NCBI GenBank assembly: GCA_019704295.1
Contig: AP024596.1
Location: 864,001-928,000, forward strand
Direction: 5' to 3'
Length of the DNA stretch: 64,000 bases
Source of the DNA: Sulfolobales archaeon HS-7
Lineage (GTDB): Archaea > Thermoproteota > Thermoprotei_A > Sulfolobales > Sulfolobaceae
Position 1 is the first letter of the stretch. Every line of letters starts with the position of its first letter. Positions 12,253 through 23,675 of the stretch are shown here, piece after piece. Made by a program: the position numbers and the translations under genes. Under the pieces are notes generated by a model. It searched no databases and had not been told where the DNA came from. It saw nothing but the letters and a program-made list of their open reading frames with translations.

Positions 12253-13968
12253 TCACTTCAATAAGGTCGGACGCTGAGTTTCTACATCTTCTCTTATCCT
12301 ACTTAGTAACTCTTCTACTTTCTTATCGAAATCGGATTCCAATTTGTTAAATAACGGTTTGTATTTACCTATTTTATTTCCAGATGGTAGGTCGCTATCT
12401 ATTGCCCAATTCCAATTATACTCCTCTATAAGTCCTAGGCCAAGCATATTGAATATTTCTTGTGAGGAAGTAGGTAAGATTGGATAAAGGGATAATGCCA
12501 TGACCCTTATAATTAGAAGGGCTATGTAAATTACGTTACCGGCCTCTTCTTTTGAAGCTTTAATTATATCCCACGGTTTTCTGTCGTTCAGATAACCATT
12601 TCCCAATCGCGCTAGTTCTAATATGTTCTCACTTGCCTGTTTAAGAAGGGCTTTTTCGTAATCCTCGGTGATCTTTGTGTATATTTCTGGAATTTTTTCC
12701 ATGACTTTTTTGTCTGTGTCGTTAAGCTTATCCTTATGTAGGACAGGAATCGCGTTATTGAAAAATCTATCTACAAGTGTAAGCACTCTTTGAACCAAGT
12801 TTCCTATGTCGTCGTTAAGCTCACTATTTATAATTCTCACTGCTTCTCTCCACGTGAAATTCATGTCCTTTTCCTCCGGTCTGTTTCTTATGAGCAGAAA
12901 TCTCCAGTACTCTGGTGGGAGTATTCTAGGTGCTTCATCAGCCCATATGCCAATCCTTCTACTTTTACTAAATTTCTGGCCCTCATATAGTAAATATTCA
13001 GTAGCAGCAATGTAGTTAGGAAGATTGTACTCTTTTCCCGAAGCCATAAGCATGGCAGGGAGTATTATTGCATGAAATACTATGTTATCCTTACCTAAGA
13101 AATAGTAGCTTTTAGTATCCTTTCCAAACCAAAATGATTTCCACTCATCTTTATTTCCCTGTTTAGCGAAGTATTCGATACTTGATGAGATATATCCTAA
13201 TAGGGCTTCAAACCAGACATATATCGTTTTTTCTTCTGCATCCTTAAACGGTGCAGGTATGCCCCATTTGTTATCTCGTGTCAGACTTCTAGGTTTAAGA
13301 CCCTCGTTTATCCAACTTAATGCAGTTGTTCTGACGTTCTTGGGTAGGTTATCGTTACTTTCTAACCAATGCCTTAACTTATCCTCTACAGAGGATAAAT
13401 CAAAAAACCATTGTTTAGTTTTAGTGAATATTGGCGCTTTGTTACATATAGCACACTTCGGATTTACTAAGGAGGATGGATTCAAGAGTCTACCACATTT
13501 ATCGCATTGATCACCTCTAGCATCTTCAAATCCACAGTAAGGGCAAGTACCTTTTATGAATCTATCGGGTAGGAATATTTTATCATAGCTACAGTAGGGA
13601 ATTACTTCCTCTTCTACTTTAATATACGATTCTAACTCTAAGAGGAAGCTTCTAACGAATTCCTTATGTGTCTGCGATTCCGTTCTGCTATAATTACTGA
13701 ATTGTATTTCCCATGAGTCAAATATACTTTTATCATACTCATGTGCCTGATCAGTAAGGCTTTTCGGTTCTACTCCACGCTTTCTAGCCTCTATCTCTAT
13801 TGGGGTTCCGTGTTCATCGCTTCCGCTTACGTAAATCACGTTTTCCTTTCCGTATTTGAGTTTAGCATACCTTGCCATCACGTCACCGGAGAGCAAGTGC
13901 AATATAGTTCCTAAATGAGGTACAGCGTTTACGTATGGCCACGCCGAGGCAACAATTACTTTTGTCAT
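12253..13968 (-). CDS. metG: Methionine--tRNA ligase
   Basis: AWPYVN..PHLG, GSDEHG, Zn knuckles, GKDNIVFH, KFSKS; start moved to ATG 13968. Confidence 0.97.
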   Translation of the reverse strand: MTKVIVASAWPYVNAVPHLGTILHLLSGDVMARYAKLKYGKENVIYVSGSDEHGTPIEIEARKRGVEPKSLTDQAHEYDKSIFDSWEIQFSNYSRTESQTHKEFVRSFLLELESYIKVEEEVIPYCSYDKIFLPDRFIKGTCPYCGFEDARGDQCDKCGRLLNPSSLVNPKCAICNKAPIFTKTKQWFFDLSSVEDKLRHWLESNDNLPKNVRTTALSWINEGLKPRSLTRDNKWGIPAPFKDAEEKTIYVWFEALLGYISSSIEYFAKQGNKDEWKSFWFGKDTKSYYFLGKDNIVFHAIILPAMLMASGKEYNLPNYIAATEYLLYEGQKFSKSRRIGIWADEAPRILPPEYWRFLLIRNRPEEKDMNFTWREAVRIINSELNDDIGNLVQRVLTLVDRFFNNAIPVLHKDKLNDTDKKVMEKIPEIYTKITEDYEKALLKQASENILELARLGNGYLNDRKPWDIIKASKEEAGNVIYIALLIIRVMALSLYPILPTSSQEIFNMLGLGLIEEYNWNWAIDSDLPSGNKIGKYKPLFNKLESDFDKKVEELLSRIREDVETQRPTLLK

Positions 13969-14008
13969 CTTAATATGCCAGAGTAGATGATAATATATAA
14001 ATGAAACT

Positions 14009-14896
14009 ATGGTTATCGATTTAGCGAAATTCCCATTTCTGAAAAGATTAGACGAATACCTGGACAGCAAGGGCTATGTAGGGGTCCCTATCAATACCGT
14101 TCTAACCGACGAGAAATACCTTTCACAGGCTATTGACAGACTTAAGCGTTTCTTTACGGAGAACTCGCTCAAATCTTATTCGGATTATACTGATCCAGTT
14201 ATCGTATTTTACACGATAATAGCCATACTCCCCTATATAGAGAATAAACTATTCGCAGAACGCTATTTAAAGGCAGAGGAGGAGATGTTCACTAAGCTTT
14301 TGTCAGATATAGAGGAAGAGGAGCTGGCCGAAATTATAAGATTTCTTCGGTTGGATTTTGAGTATAAAAATGATAGATTTTATATTAATTTTATAAAATT
14401 TTTAAAGATGCCAAGACCCGAGGGAATGAATTTATCTAATATGACTAAAGGAGAAGTTGTTCTTAGTAAAAACGAGGTAGCAAAAATTATAGCCCATAAC
14501 GTAGTTGAGTTCATGAAAAGGGGATTCGAACCAAGATTAGACTTGCCATTACCAATTAAAATTGAATTAAACAAACAACTTAGCGAGGTAAGGAATGTCC
14601 CTCCATGTATCGAATCCCTCATTAATAAATCGAAAAACAGTATGCTTAGTCAATTGGAGTTGGAGGTCCTCTTATCATATTACTATTCCATTGGCAATTC
14701 TCCCTCTTATGTTAAAGAAGCGCACAGAAATCAGGATCGTAAACTTATTAATATGTTTTATAGGAAGATATTAAGTTCTAAAAACAAATTTATCATGTAT
14801 AATTGTTCTTTCATAAAACAAAATGGACTATGCGTATTTGATTGTAACGTGAGAAACCCTCTGCAGATATATTTCTCTAGGCATACTTCTAGGTAA
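14009..14896 (+). CDS. priL: DNA primase large subunit
   Basis: N-terminal KFPFL; C-terminal PPC...YNC...LC..DC...NPL Fe-S cysteines. Confidence 0.88.
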   Translation: MVIDLAKFPFLKRLDEYLDSKGYVGVPINTVLTDEKYLSQAIDRLKRFFTENSLKSYSDYTDPVIVFYTIIAILPYIENKLFAERYLKAEEEMFTKLLSDIEEEELAEIIRFLRLDFEYKNDRFYINFIKFLKMPRPEGMNLSNMTKGEVVLSKNEVAKIIAHNVVEFMKRGFEPRLDLPLPIKIELNKQLSEVRNVPPCIESLINKSKNSMLSQLELEVLLSYYYSIGNSPSYVKEAHRNQDRKLINMFYRKILSSKNKFIMYNCSFIKQNGLCVFDCNVRNPLQIYFSRHTSR

Positions 14897-14915
14897 AAAT
14901 TGGGAATTACAATAC

Positions 14916-15272
14916 TTATTTTTTTGATGCACTCTTTGCTTTATCTTCTTTAAGTTTTTTTATGTACTCTATCATGTAGTCTATATCGTCTAAACTTTCG
15001 CTTTCCTTGAGCCAAAGGAGCCCACCCACGGCATCTACTATTTCTCCTTTAATTTTTAGCTCCTGAACTTTATTTTTCCAGTTCTGTATAAGCTTTGTAA
15101 TTATTAGTAGATATATATCTCCAGTAACTCTTTGGTGTATCTTTCCCCAGAATAAATCACCATAGGAATACTCTGCTTCTTTTGCGAAAGGTTTACCTCC
15201 TGGCCTTTCAGAAACGTCTATTATTTGAGATATACTTAACCCTTTTGATGAAGCGGTTTGGAATACATCCAT
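14916..15272 (-). CDS. Hypothetical protein (118 aa)
   Basis: Clean ORF 1 nt downstream of pgsA; family not recognised. Confidence 0.7.
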   Translation of the reverse strand: MDVFQTASSKGLSISQIIDVSERPGGKPFAKEAEYSYGDLFWGKIHQRVTGDIYLLIITKLIQNWKNKVQELKIKGEIVDAVGGLLWLKESESLDDIDYMIEYIKKLKEDKAKSASKK

Positions 15273-15273
15273 A

Positions 15274-15846
15274 CTAATGTATAGCCTTAACTCCTAATAA
15301 AATTCGCTGAACAACAGTTGCGCAACTTAGTATTACGAAAATATAAAGTACAGGCAACGTAGCCGGTAGAAAGAGTAAATAAAGAACAACTATTATAACA
15401 ACGAATAGTAACCTTTCACCTCTTTCAACTATCCCCTTACCTTCTAATGCGACCCCTAAGGACTCAGCCTTTGCCCTCACATATGAGATTATTACGGAAG
15501 TCCCTGCAAGTAATATTAATAATAATGGTGGAAGACCTAGGAAGAATAGTCCTGTAACGTAGGAGAGATCCTCTATTCTATCGGAAACTGAATCCAGGAA
15601 ACTACCTTTCTTTCCTGCCTCTTTCCTAATCCTGGCAACTTCACCATCAAATGCGTCGAAAAGGCTTGCAACTACAACGATAATGATGGCTTCAACGTAA
15701 AATTTAAAGTAGATAAAGGCGGGAAATGTTAGGGATAGAACTAATCCTGTTAGGGTGAGCGAATTTCCAGTTATCCCATTTTTCGCCATGACTTCTGCTA
15801 CTGGTCTTAATAACGATTTAGAGAGTCGTCTTAGTCGCGTAATCAT
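15274..15846 (-). CDS. pgsA: CDP-alcohol phosphatidyltransferase (archaetidylinositol-phosphate synthase)
   Basis: DAFDGEVAR...G.FLDSVSDR signature; SYVRAKAE, ERGER. Confidence 0.9.
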   Translation of the reverse strand: MITRLRRLSKSLLRPVAEVMAKNGITGNSLTLTGLVLSLTFPAFIYFKFYVEAIIIVVVASLFDAFDGEVARIRKEAGKKGSFLDSVSDRIEDLSYVTGLFFLGLPPLLLILLAGTSVIISYVRAKAESLGVALEGKGIVERGERLLFVVIIVVLYLLFLPATLPVLYIFVILSCATVVQRILLGVKAIH

Positions 15847-15901
15847 AGGTTTTTACACTAAAGTTTTAAATTAATGTTTTCCTCTTACCTCATGATGTAA
15901 G

Positions 15902-16243
15902 ATGGAAGCTAAAAGATTGATATTAGTTTCGTCAACATCTCATCCGCTTGATAAGGTTTTTGAGGAAATAGCTGATGAGATATCACAGGAAAGAGGAATT
16001 AAGAAGGAGAGGAAGGAGGAAGACTACTCATTTCTATCTGATTATGGTGAAAAGGATGAATATAACATGCCTTGGTTACCACAGCTTTTAGTTGAGTTCG
16101 ATGATGGTTCGATTAAACCTATATTAACTCGGGCTATAATTGACGAGAACAGTTACAAACCAGATAAGGATTTAATGAAAAAGGAAGCACTTAACAAGAT
16201 TAAAAAACTCTCAGATAAAAAAGAAGGTAGTGATAACGCTTGA
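15902..16243 (+). CDS. Conserved hypothetical protein, possibly Cys-less thioredoxin-like fold
   Basis: HPL and WLPQLLVE; overlaps aKMT by 4 nt. Confidence 0.65.
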   Translation: MEAKRLILVSSTSHPLDKVFEEIADEISQERGIKKERKEEDYSFLSDYGEKDEYNMPWLPQLLVEFDDGSIKPILTRAIIDENSYKPDKDLMKKEALNKIKKLSDKKEGSDNA

Positions 16244-16731
16244 CATCTTATCCCTCAGTTCCTTATGTTCCAACTCCAGATCCAGTAGTGAAAATAATGC
16301 TGGAGAAAGCTAAAGTGGGGGAAGGCGATATAGTATACGACTTGGGTTGTGGAGACGGAAGAATTGTAATAACTGCAGTGAAAGAATTTAATGCAAAAAG
16401 GGCTGTATGTATAGAAATTAATGATGAAAGGATTAATGAGACGAAAAAAAACATAGAAAAGAACGGCTTAGTGGGAAGAGTTGAAGTAAAAAAGGCAAAT
16501 TTCTTTGATGCGGACCTATCTGAAGCTACTGTTCTTACTATGTTTTTACTGGCAAACGTTAACGATCTTCTTAGACCGAAACTGGAGAAAGAGTTACGCC
16601 CAGGAACGCGTATAGTTTCACATGAATTTGAGATGCGTAATTGGAAACCAAAGGAGGTAGTACAAGTAGAAGACGGAAGTATGAGACATACAGTTTATCT
16701 GTATATTTTAGGCGGTGAGGCTCATGACTAA
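16240..16731 (+). CDS. aKMT: Protein-lysine N-methyltransferase (aKMT-like, Dot1-related)
   Basis: VPYVPTP, YDLGCGDGR, MFLL..VN..LRPKLEKELRPGTRIVSHEF, HTVYLY; closely matches Sulfolobus aKMT. Confidence 0.9.
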   Translation: MTSYPSVPYVPTPDPVVKIMLEKAKVGEGDIVYDLGCGDGRIVITAVKEFNAKRAVCIEINDERINETKKNIEKNGLVGRVEVKKANFFDADLSEATVLTMFLLANVNDLLRPKLEKELRPGTRIVSHEFEMRNWKPKEVVQVEDGSMRHTVYLYILGGEAHD

Positions 16732-17152
16732 AACCTTGATAATAAAATCGGAAAGAGGTTCTATATCTAAACAAGAGGTTAAGGAGGGCGACTATAGAAA
16801 AATTGTGAAAGATATTGCCATGGAAGCGATAAATGAATGGACAGATATGTCTGATTTTTACATTATGAAGGATGTACAAGAGTTTAGGAGAAAAGGACCT
16901 TTAGACAGTAAAACATATGAAGAGGTTAAGGACTTTCTAGGAGGGAGGGAAAATCAAGAAATTATAATCAAGTTGCCCCTCTTTTATATTAGCTTCGAGA
17001 ATCTCTGGATCGATAACGATACTCAGGATCTAAGGGTTTATATCGTTACACCCTATATAGGAGAAGACATTAAGAGTGAACTCTTAGAGCTAGCTACTGA
17101 AGCTACTAAAATGGATAAAAATAGGGCATCCGAAGAACTGGAAGAAGAGTAG
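16724..17152 (+). CDS. DUF2286-family protein
   Basis: IIKSE.G, EW...SDFYIMKD, ISFEN.W; ATG 16724 with GGTGAGG SD. Confidence 0.7.
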   Translation: MTKTLIIKSERGSISKQEVKEGDYRKIVKDIAMEAINEWTDMSDFYIMKDVQEFRRKGPLDSKTYEEVKDFLGGRENQEIIIKLPLFYISFENLWIDNDTQDLRVYIVTPYIGEDIKSELLELATEATKMDKNRASEELEEE

Positions 17153-17379
17153 AACTGAGTTAATTAAACCTTGTTGACAGGATTTGTAATTACTCGGCTC
17201 ACTCTGCTTATAATGGTACATCTAGAGTCACTAGAATAGTTGAGACTCTGAATGTCTTATCCAATGTTAAGACGATCAATAGAATACCTAAAAAATAATC
17301 ATCCCCAATTTTCGAAACATTAAAACGCTATCGTCCAGTGTTAGAATCCACTTGACGTTACCTCGTTAGTCATAAGGAA

Positions 17380-17740
17380 AAGTGATCAATATATAAATAT
17401 TATTTTAAAAGTTAAATTTCTAGTTATTAGGAATAACGTGGCTTATAATCCTCAATCTTGACGATAATATAGATAGTCTACCAGAGATTAGACATACTCT
17501 CTAATATCCTAGACTACAACATCTGGCGGTTTAGGACTTGCAGTTAACCTAAAATCGTCATGCTGGAGAGGCCTCATCCTCAGTTTAGATTCTGAAAAAT
17601 TACGCGAAAACTTGCTATAGTTCTCAATAAATTGATTTTATATAATTATTTTATGTAATTATACGAATTTAGTTCTAAATAGACGTATTTTATAACCTTT
17701 ACTTTATCAAGTTAATAATATTAGTGAGTCTCTCTATGTC
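17380..17740 (+). mobile_element. Short internally deleted, degenerate relative of the IS982-like element (boundaries approximate)
   Basis: ctagactacaacatctggcggtttagg matches ctagcttacaatatttggcggtttagg (~23270); downstream ~200 nt resembles 23320-23490; 17390-17437 resembles the left end at 31648-31697. Confidence 0.65.
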
Positions 17741-17941
17741 TATCGTTAAAACATTAACTAACTAACTCATGTTAATAGATCCTTCATATAGCCTATTGGA
17801 ATTAAAAATAATCAAACCACCTTGTAGTAAATATTGTAAAGTCACAAGAAACTCAAGGAAATTCTTACGAAAAACTTGTCATTTATGTTCCCATTTAACC
17901 ATAGATATGATTTTAGAAACAAGAGGCATATTTGACTTCTA

Positions 17942-20587
17942 TCAACTAAAAAAGTTTTCTATCCTTGTCACTGATTCTATTTCGTCCCAGCTTACATCAA
18001 AGGCAAGCAACAGTTGTTCGAAAGTACTTCGTATAGTTTCCACGTACTTTGGAATATCCACTTCAGGCAATTTGCTTAGTTGTACGGGTTTTACTCCTTC
18101 TTTCCCCTTAACTTTAACGAATGAGATAATATCTCTAGGCATTACTTGAACATTTTCCTTTATTAGCATCTGTGCCGCCTTTACATGCTGGGGCGTGTTT
18201 TTATCATATGAATCAACCTTTTTGGAAAGCATAACCTTGAAAGCTAGCTCATCTAGGTTGAAGTCCTTATTCTTTAGTCCATTGTATAGTCCCTTGATCT
18301 TACTTGTTATCTCCTTTCTTACTTTGGGAATATCGTCTTCTGATTGCATATTCGAAAGCGTGTCTTTTACTTGCAGGAAAGCCTTTCTTACAAACTCTGG
18401 TGTATTACGCTTTTTCGCTAACATCCCTTTTATTTCGGCCTTACCATCAGGATATACCCCGAAATAGTTCTTTTTGAGTCCGGGAAAAGCAATTAGTTTG
18501 TAGGTTTTATCTACTTCTAAATCTAACGAGTATTGTTTCTTTACCCAGTTTATTAATTGTTCTAATATTTGGCTTTGAGGATTATATATGAATAACGAAT
18601 CCGTATCACCGTAGAGGACTCTTAGACCCAGTTCCCTAGCGTAGTTTGATGTCGTCGTTATTACATATCTTCCAATAGCCGTGGTACTTTCAGCTACTGC
18701 AGGAGCATACAAAGGGAAAGTTTCCGCGCCAAACACTCCATACGTTGCATTAATGAAAACTTTCATTGCACGTTGAACTACATCATAATATTCCTTTAAT
18801 TCCTTGTCTTTGGCGCTCTTTGCTTTCTTCTTATATATTTTTACTCTAAAATCCCTCAATAGTCCGGTGATAACTGCTGTTATTCCTGGTCTATCAAAAC
18901 ATACTCTGTGTATGATCTCACCCGTTTCATCAGCAATATCCTTTATCTCTTTACAATTCTCCTTATCCACTGTCTCGTAGCTTAAATTCCAGTTCTTTAT
19001 GATGGAAGGATATAGGGAAGCGAAATCTAGCACTGTTACATTAAAGAAGACTCCCTTAGGTGGTTCGATAACTACTGCTCCTTTATATCCCTTTCCTTTA
19101 ATTATAGATTTAGTTCTCTTTATCGAAGTTTTTTGTGCTATCTCCTCTTTTAATGGAATTAGCCAGTTTCTTTGCCGATGTTCCCAGTAGTAGAGGTTTC
19201 TTACCCAGGATGAAATCTCTTTTCTAGTCAGATCTTCAATACCTAATTTTGAGATCCTTGCAAATATCACCATTAGTTTCCATACTAAGTTGTTATTCTC
19301 TGCAACGAGTCTTAGAGTTATTTCAGCGTCCCTGAAGTTGTACTCTATTAGTTTACTCTGTTCAAGCTGTGTTACCGTATCATCTATCTTCACTTTTGAC
19401 ATTCCTAATAACGCCTGAGATATGGCGTCAAGTGTATACTCGTTATATTTTCCTTCGAAAGCGTAGTTCTTTACTGCCTTATTAGTGAAAAATAAGTAAA
19501 GGTCTATGTGGATCGAATTTACGAAAGTTGTCTTTTCCTGTGTTATGGAAATCGGTATTTCTTCATCAGAAATACCAAGTTTTAAGCTCCTGTAAAATAA
19601 ATAGGGTATGTCAAAGTCATCTCCGTTGAAGGTTAGTATAACAGGATAGTCAGAAATTATCTCAAAGAACCTTTTCAACATTTCTCTCTCGCTATCGAAA
19701 AGCTGTACCTCTATATCGTTTAATTTATCTATCTTATTATAATTTCTATTTAATACGAGTACGACTTTTTTACCATCACTGGTAGCAATACCTATGCTTA
19801 TTACAGGAAGTTCTGCTTTTTCTGAATCAGGTACCCTTCCTTTAAAAAGCGTGAATACCTCTATGTCTATTGCTGCAATTTTAGGTGTGAAGACAGGTGC
19901 TTCGAAATATGGGTACCATTTCAATACCATTTCCTTCGTTACTTCATCCTCTCCAGAGAACGCTTTCAATACCTCATCCCTATCATTTTTAGTTAACTCG
20001 GGTATAGCAGGTCGGATTACCTCATGTTCAATTACATGTGGAAAACCTGGAATCAATCCTAAGTCATAGGCATAGTTATTGGCGTAATGTATATGAGCTT
20101 CGTATGCTTTTGGTACTACCTCCCGCATTCTAGCGACAGCTAGTGGATCCTTAGTTACAATTTTTGTTAGTGTTATTCTTTTCCCAGTATATGGATCTAT
20201 TTTTGAAACAGTCTCAAAATGATCAAACGAGTTATCCTTTACGATCTTCTGGATGTTCTTAACTTTCTCTAGTTCTAATTCTACTAGGAAATAAGGTTTA
20301 TGATTCGTTTTATCCTCGTAATATACTACGGAATTAGTTTCTGGATCAAAGAGCTTACATACAGCTTTTTGCTTACTCCCGTCGTAGTCGATTTGTATCA
20401 GGTAATATAGTTTCCCTTCTTCTGCAACTTTACTTTCTAACTGATGTTTCCCTTCATGATTACTTTTCTCTCTAATTTTAATTTCTGTATTCTCATCATT
20501 AATCTTTTCTTTATCTCTTTTGTCTTCATTTTCATTACTCTGTTTCGGTGAAGCAAAGTCAAATAGTGTTATTTGCTTTCCAGACAT
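17942..20587 (-). CDS. polB1: Replicative DNA polymerase B1
   Basis: KQITLFDF N-terminus, DIEV exonuclease, [17 protein letters not shown]-terminal PIP-like IENFF; start moved to ATG 20587. Confidence 0.98.
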   Translation of the reverse strand: MSGKQITLFDFASPKQSNENEDKRDKEKINDENTEIKIREKSNHEGKHQLESKVAEEGKLYYLIQIDYDGSKQKAVCKLFDPETNSVVYYEDKTNHKPYFLVELELEKVKNIQKIVKDNSFDHFETVSKIDPYTGKRITLTKIVTKDPLAVARMREVVPKAYEAHIHYANNYAYDLGLIPGFPHVIEHEVIRPAIPELTKNDRDEVLKAFSGEDEVTKEMVLKWYPYFEAPVFTPKIAAIDIEVFTLFKGRVPDSEKAELPVISIGIATSDGKKVVLVLNRNYNKIDKLNDIEVQLFDSEREMLKRFFEIISDYPVILTFNGDDFDIPYLFYRSLKLGISDEEIPISITQEKTTFVNSIHIDLYLFFTNKAVKNYAFEGKYNEYTLDAISQALLGMSKVKIDDTVTQLEQSKLIEYNFRDAEITLRLVAENNNLVWKLMVIFARISKLGIEDLTRKEISSWVRNLYYWEHRQRNWLIPLKEEIAQKTSIKRTKSIIKGKGYKGAVVIEPPKGVFFNVTVLDFASLYPSIIKNWNLSYETVDKENCKEIKDIADETGEIIHRVCFDRPGITAVITGLLRDFRVKIYKKKAKSAKDKELKEYYDVVQRAMKVFINATYGVFGAETFPLYAPAVAESTTAIGRYVITTTSNYARELGLRVLYGDTDSLFIYNPQSQILEQLINWVKKQYSLDLEVDKTYKLIAFPGLKKNYFGVYPDGKAEIKGMLAKKRNTPEFVRKAFLQVKDTLSNMQSEDDIPKVRKEITSKIKGLYNGLKNKDFNLDELAFKVMLSKKVDSYDKNTPQHVKAAQMLIKENVQVMPRDIISFVKVKGKEGVKPVQLSKLPEVDIPKYVETIRSTFEQLLLAFDVSWDEIESVTRIENFFS

Positions 20588-20921
20588 AAGTAACATGTTG
20601 GTTGGAATTATATTTATAGAATTTGGTGACGCTAGTGTTTCTGGTAAGTTCGTAAAAGGGCAGTTCACGCGTTTATTACGAATTCAGTTTGTTTAGAAAA
20701 GTAGAATGAATTTAATTGAGTCCCATTGTATGGACTGTGGGGATTCGCACTCAATAATTTCCCCCATTTAATACTTATTTCCAATAATTACAGTTCGTAA
20801 TGCGAACCTGAATTGCCCTAGCAATTTTTCACACGTTAATGCGAACTCGTATTCAAATCATTCTATATTTCTAAATAAACTAAATTTATAATAAATATAA
20901 TAAATTATTATTGAAAAAAAA

Positions 20922-22301
20922 TTATTGTATTTCTAATTCTTCTACCTCTCTGGACGATACTTCCAACGGTCTATCCTTAGTCTCGGGAATTAACGCTAAG
21001 GTTATTATTGCTGATATTATTGCTAAAGCTCCTAAGAATCCCACAGCGAAGGATTCACCATAAGCTGCAAATAACGCTGGAAATACGAACGACGTCAAAC
21101 TTGCCCCCAGTCTACCAGAAGCTACCGTCAATGCCTGTACTGTACCTCTGACCTTGGTTGGCGCCAGTTCCACGCCCAACATACCAGAAGCGCTTATAGA
21201 TCCCGGTCCTGCCTGTTGAGCTAAATTCATTCCTCCGTATAGTATTAACGCTATAACCGGAGAGAACGCTACTCCTACCAAGTCCTTATATGCAGAGAAG
21301 GCGAAGAGGGATAGCGCCATTCCTACAAAACCCAGTACCTGCAAAGACTTCCTTCCAGTCCTATCTATAAGGGATAAAGCTATTATTCCTCCCGGTACTA
21401 CGAAAGCCCCTTCCATTATTAACTGGAACACACCGGAATTCACTCCCAAACTAGACGCTATTAACGACGGACCGAATAGTATTCCAGAGTAGGCTACTAT
21501 ATCAAACAGGAACCATAACACGCAAGCTGCGAGGAACTGTCTCCAGTACTTAGCAAAGTAAAATGAGAATGAGTTAGTATCCTTCAGGTTGGAGGCTACG
21601 TCAATAGTACTTCCTGAAACTTGCTTCACCACTTCCCTTAATTCTTGCACGTCGCCCTTGATCCTTCCTAGGAACCTCGCGGTTTCGGGGATCTTTCTCC
21701 TTAAATATATTACGGATACCGCAGGTACTGCGCCGGCGGCCAGAACTATTTTCCAAACGATCATAGGACTTAATCCTAAAGCTGAAAGACCTAGATATAG
21801 TATCGCAGCGAGAGTTGCTCCAAATCCCCAGAACAGCCCGAAACCGAGAGCTATTATCTTACCCCTATCCTTAGCATTCGAGTGTTCAGCCATTATCATC
21901 GGAGAGAGAACGTAGTCCGCGCCAACTCCGATTCCTAGTAAAAGTCTCACTATTATTAATTCCAGGGGAGTTGTTACAAAGGCTTGTAGAAGGGCTCCAA
22001 CTGTCATTAATGACACGTCAATACCGTAAAACGTTTTCCTCCCCTTATTTGCGAGAATTCCAAATATAATTGCTCCTACCGCAGCACCTATTAGTGCTGA
22101 ACCACTTATTAAGGAAGTGTATAAATCGTAGGATGGACTGCTCTTTGTTATTCCAAAACTTGAAAGCACAGTTAACAGCACTATACCTATAGATGATAAA
22201 TCGTATCCATCAGTGAAAACTCCCATACCGGTAGTTATCATCGATTTAAAGTGAAACCAACTAAGCTTCTTATCGTCTAAAGGTTTAAACGGGCTATTCA
22301 T
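20922..22301 (-). CDS. MFS transporter, Pho84-like phosphate:H+ symporter
   Basis: WFHFK...[33 protein letters not shown]; about 12 TM segments. Confidence 0.8.
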   Translation of the reverse strand: MNSPFKPLDDKKLSWFHFKSMITTGMGVFTDGYDLSSIGIVLLTVLSSFGITKSSPSYDLYTSLISGSALIGAAVGAIIFGILANKGRKTFYGIDVSLMTVGALLQAFVTTPLELIIVRLLLGIGVGADYVLSPMIMAEHSNAKDRGKIIALGFGLFWGFGATLAAILYLGLSALGLSPMIVWKIVLAAGAVPAVSVIYLRRKIPETARFLGRIKGDVQELREVVKQVSGSTIDVASNLKDTNSFSFYFAKYWRQFLAACVLWFLFDIVAYSGILFGPSLIASSLGVNSGVFQLIMEGAFVVPGGIIALSLIDRTGRKSLQVLGFVGMALSLFAFSAYKDLVGVAFSPVIALILYGGMNLAQQAGPGSISASGMLGVELAPTKVRGTVQALTVASGRLGASLTSFVFPALFAAYGESFAVGFLGALAIISAIITLALIPETKDRPLEVSSREVEELEIQ

Positions 22302-22352
22302 TTTACTTCAAGCTAAATTTGGCTGTAAATATATATGTATTTTCAACTATTA

Positions 22353-22467
22353 TCTATAGAGTTATACATAATGAAAAATAATACTTAGTGTGGTATATAG
22401 TGCTATGATACTTAGTGTAGTATATAGTATGTTTGTCGTGCTACTTAGTACTATGTAGATTATATAG
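22353..22467. promoter_or_regulatory. Array of TAY(T/A/G)TAG heptamers upstream of the Pho84-like gene (putative operator)
   Basis: Heptamers at 22382, 22394, 22409, 22421, 22442, 22452, 22461; 21-nt direct repeat atacttagtgt(g/a)gtatatagt at 22381 and 22408. Confidence 0.5.
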
Positions 22468-22491
22468 AGGGTGATTCTGAGCTCTTTCGTG

Positions 22492-23512
22492 ACAGTATTA
22501 AGTGTGCAATAAATGTAATCTAGTTTATTAAGTAGATTTTTATGAGAAAAATAAACACCAAGAACTCAACTAATTGAATAATACTTAAGGGGGGACTACT
22601 CGTAGGTTATACCACGGTAATCATTAACTAAGACCTAACCCCCCATGAGGCGCTACATGCTTCGCCTCTAACACGACTATAGGAACATGAGTCTCCAACG
22701 GTACCTAGATCAACGTTATGTTCCTTGACGTTCTTGCTCTTGGCAAACTTGCACCTCTTAAGACTAAACCATTGTAGAGACTGTTATTCTCATCCCTAGT
22801 GTAGCATGTTTTCCCGTGGAAACGTTGAGACACACATCTAGAGGCTTGTACCTGATCTCAGGGAAATTGATCCAAGAAGGAAACCTCATGAGGTACTTGC
22901 GTCTCTCCATGAGAGGAGAAGGGATCAACTCTTCTCCCATTTCCCGCGAAATTACGCCCTTAGGGGAGGTAGCTGGGGCAAGAAGTAGGGAAAACGCTGT
23001 TCTGAGGGAGGTGCTTCGCTTAGATCTCCTCAAGATCCTCATGGTTTGCAAGGTTAAGATAGTTCTAGCCAACGTTTCCGACTTTAAATCTCCCATCTGT
23101 AACGTGATCACGCTCGTGGACAGGGGGTTTGCGGAGAGAGGCAAGGTGATCAGAGTCAAGAGGGGCTTGGGAGTACTGGGAGGAGGTGCTCTCCAAAGCT
23201 TTCCTCATAACATGAGAGCCCACTAGAGGAGCATGAGGGGATTGAACGCCTTTGCCAACCTCCTGGGCCTAGCTTACAATATTTGGCGGTTTAGGCCCAT
23301 TAGTAAACCTTAAAATCTCCACTTAAAATCCCACTAGAGAAGCTCGTTTCCAACCTTGATTCTCGAAAGTTTCTAGATTAGTTGCGAGTAGTCTTGATAA
23401 ACTGACCTTTATTATTCGCTTTAATAATTAAGCGAATTAAATTCTAGACTTACGCGTTTCATAACTTTTTACTTTATTTAGTTATTCACTTTGGTTACAC
23501 ATTGGACACTGT
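22492..23512 (+). mobile_element. IS982-family-like insertion sequence (~1.02 kb) with a pseudogenised DDE transposase
   Basis: Imperfect terminal inverted repeats ACAGTATTAAGTGTGCAATAA / (revcomp) ACAGTGTCCAATGTGTAACCAA; transposase remnants INSSPI, LANVSD, VDRGF, LLGLAYNIWR; in-frame TAG at 23224 and frameshifts; higher GC than flanks. Confidence 0.75.
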
Positions 23513-23566
23513 AACGTCAAACTCATGAAATAGCTATAAATGGGAAACAAATATATGATTTCAGAA

Positions 23567-23647
<81 letters not shown>

Positions 23648-23675
23648 TTAATATTTAGGAAATATACTTTCTGAC

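Noticed and set aside
20640-20860. gggcagttcac (IS605-end-like) and weak hairpins upstream of polB1
   Set aside because: Too short and degenerate to distinguish from chance
22381-22428. 21-nt direct repeat considered as a mini-CRISPR
   Set aside because: Only two copies with a 6-nt gap, no spacer-length inserts and no cas genes; reported as an operator instead
22764-23159. 131-aa minus-strand ORF
   Set aside because: Antisense to the IS transposase remnant
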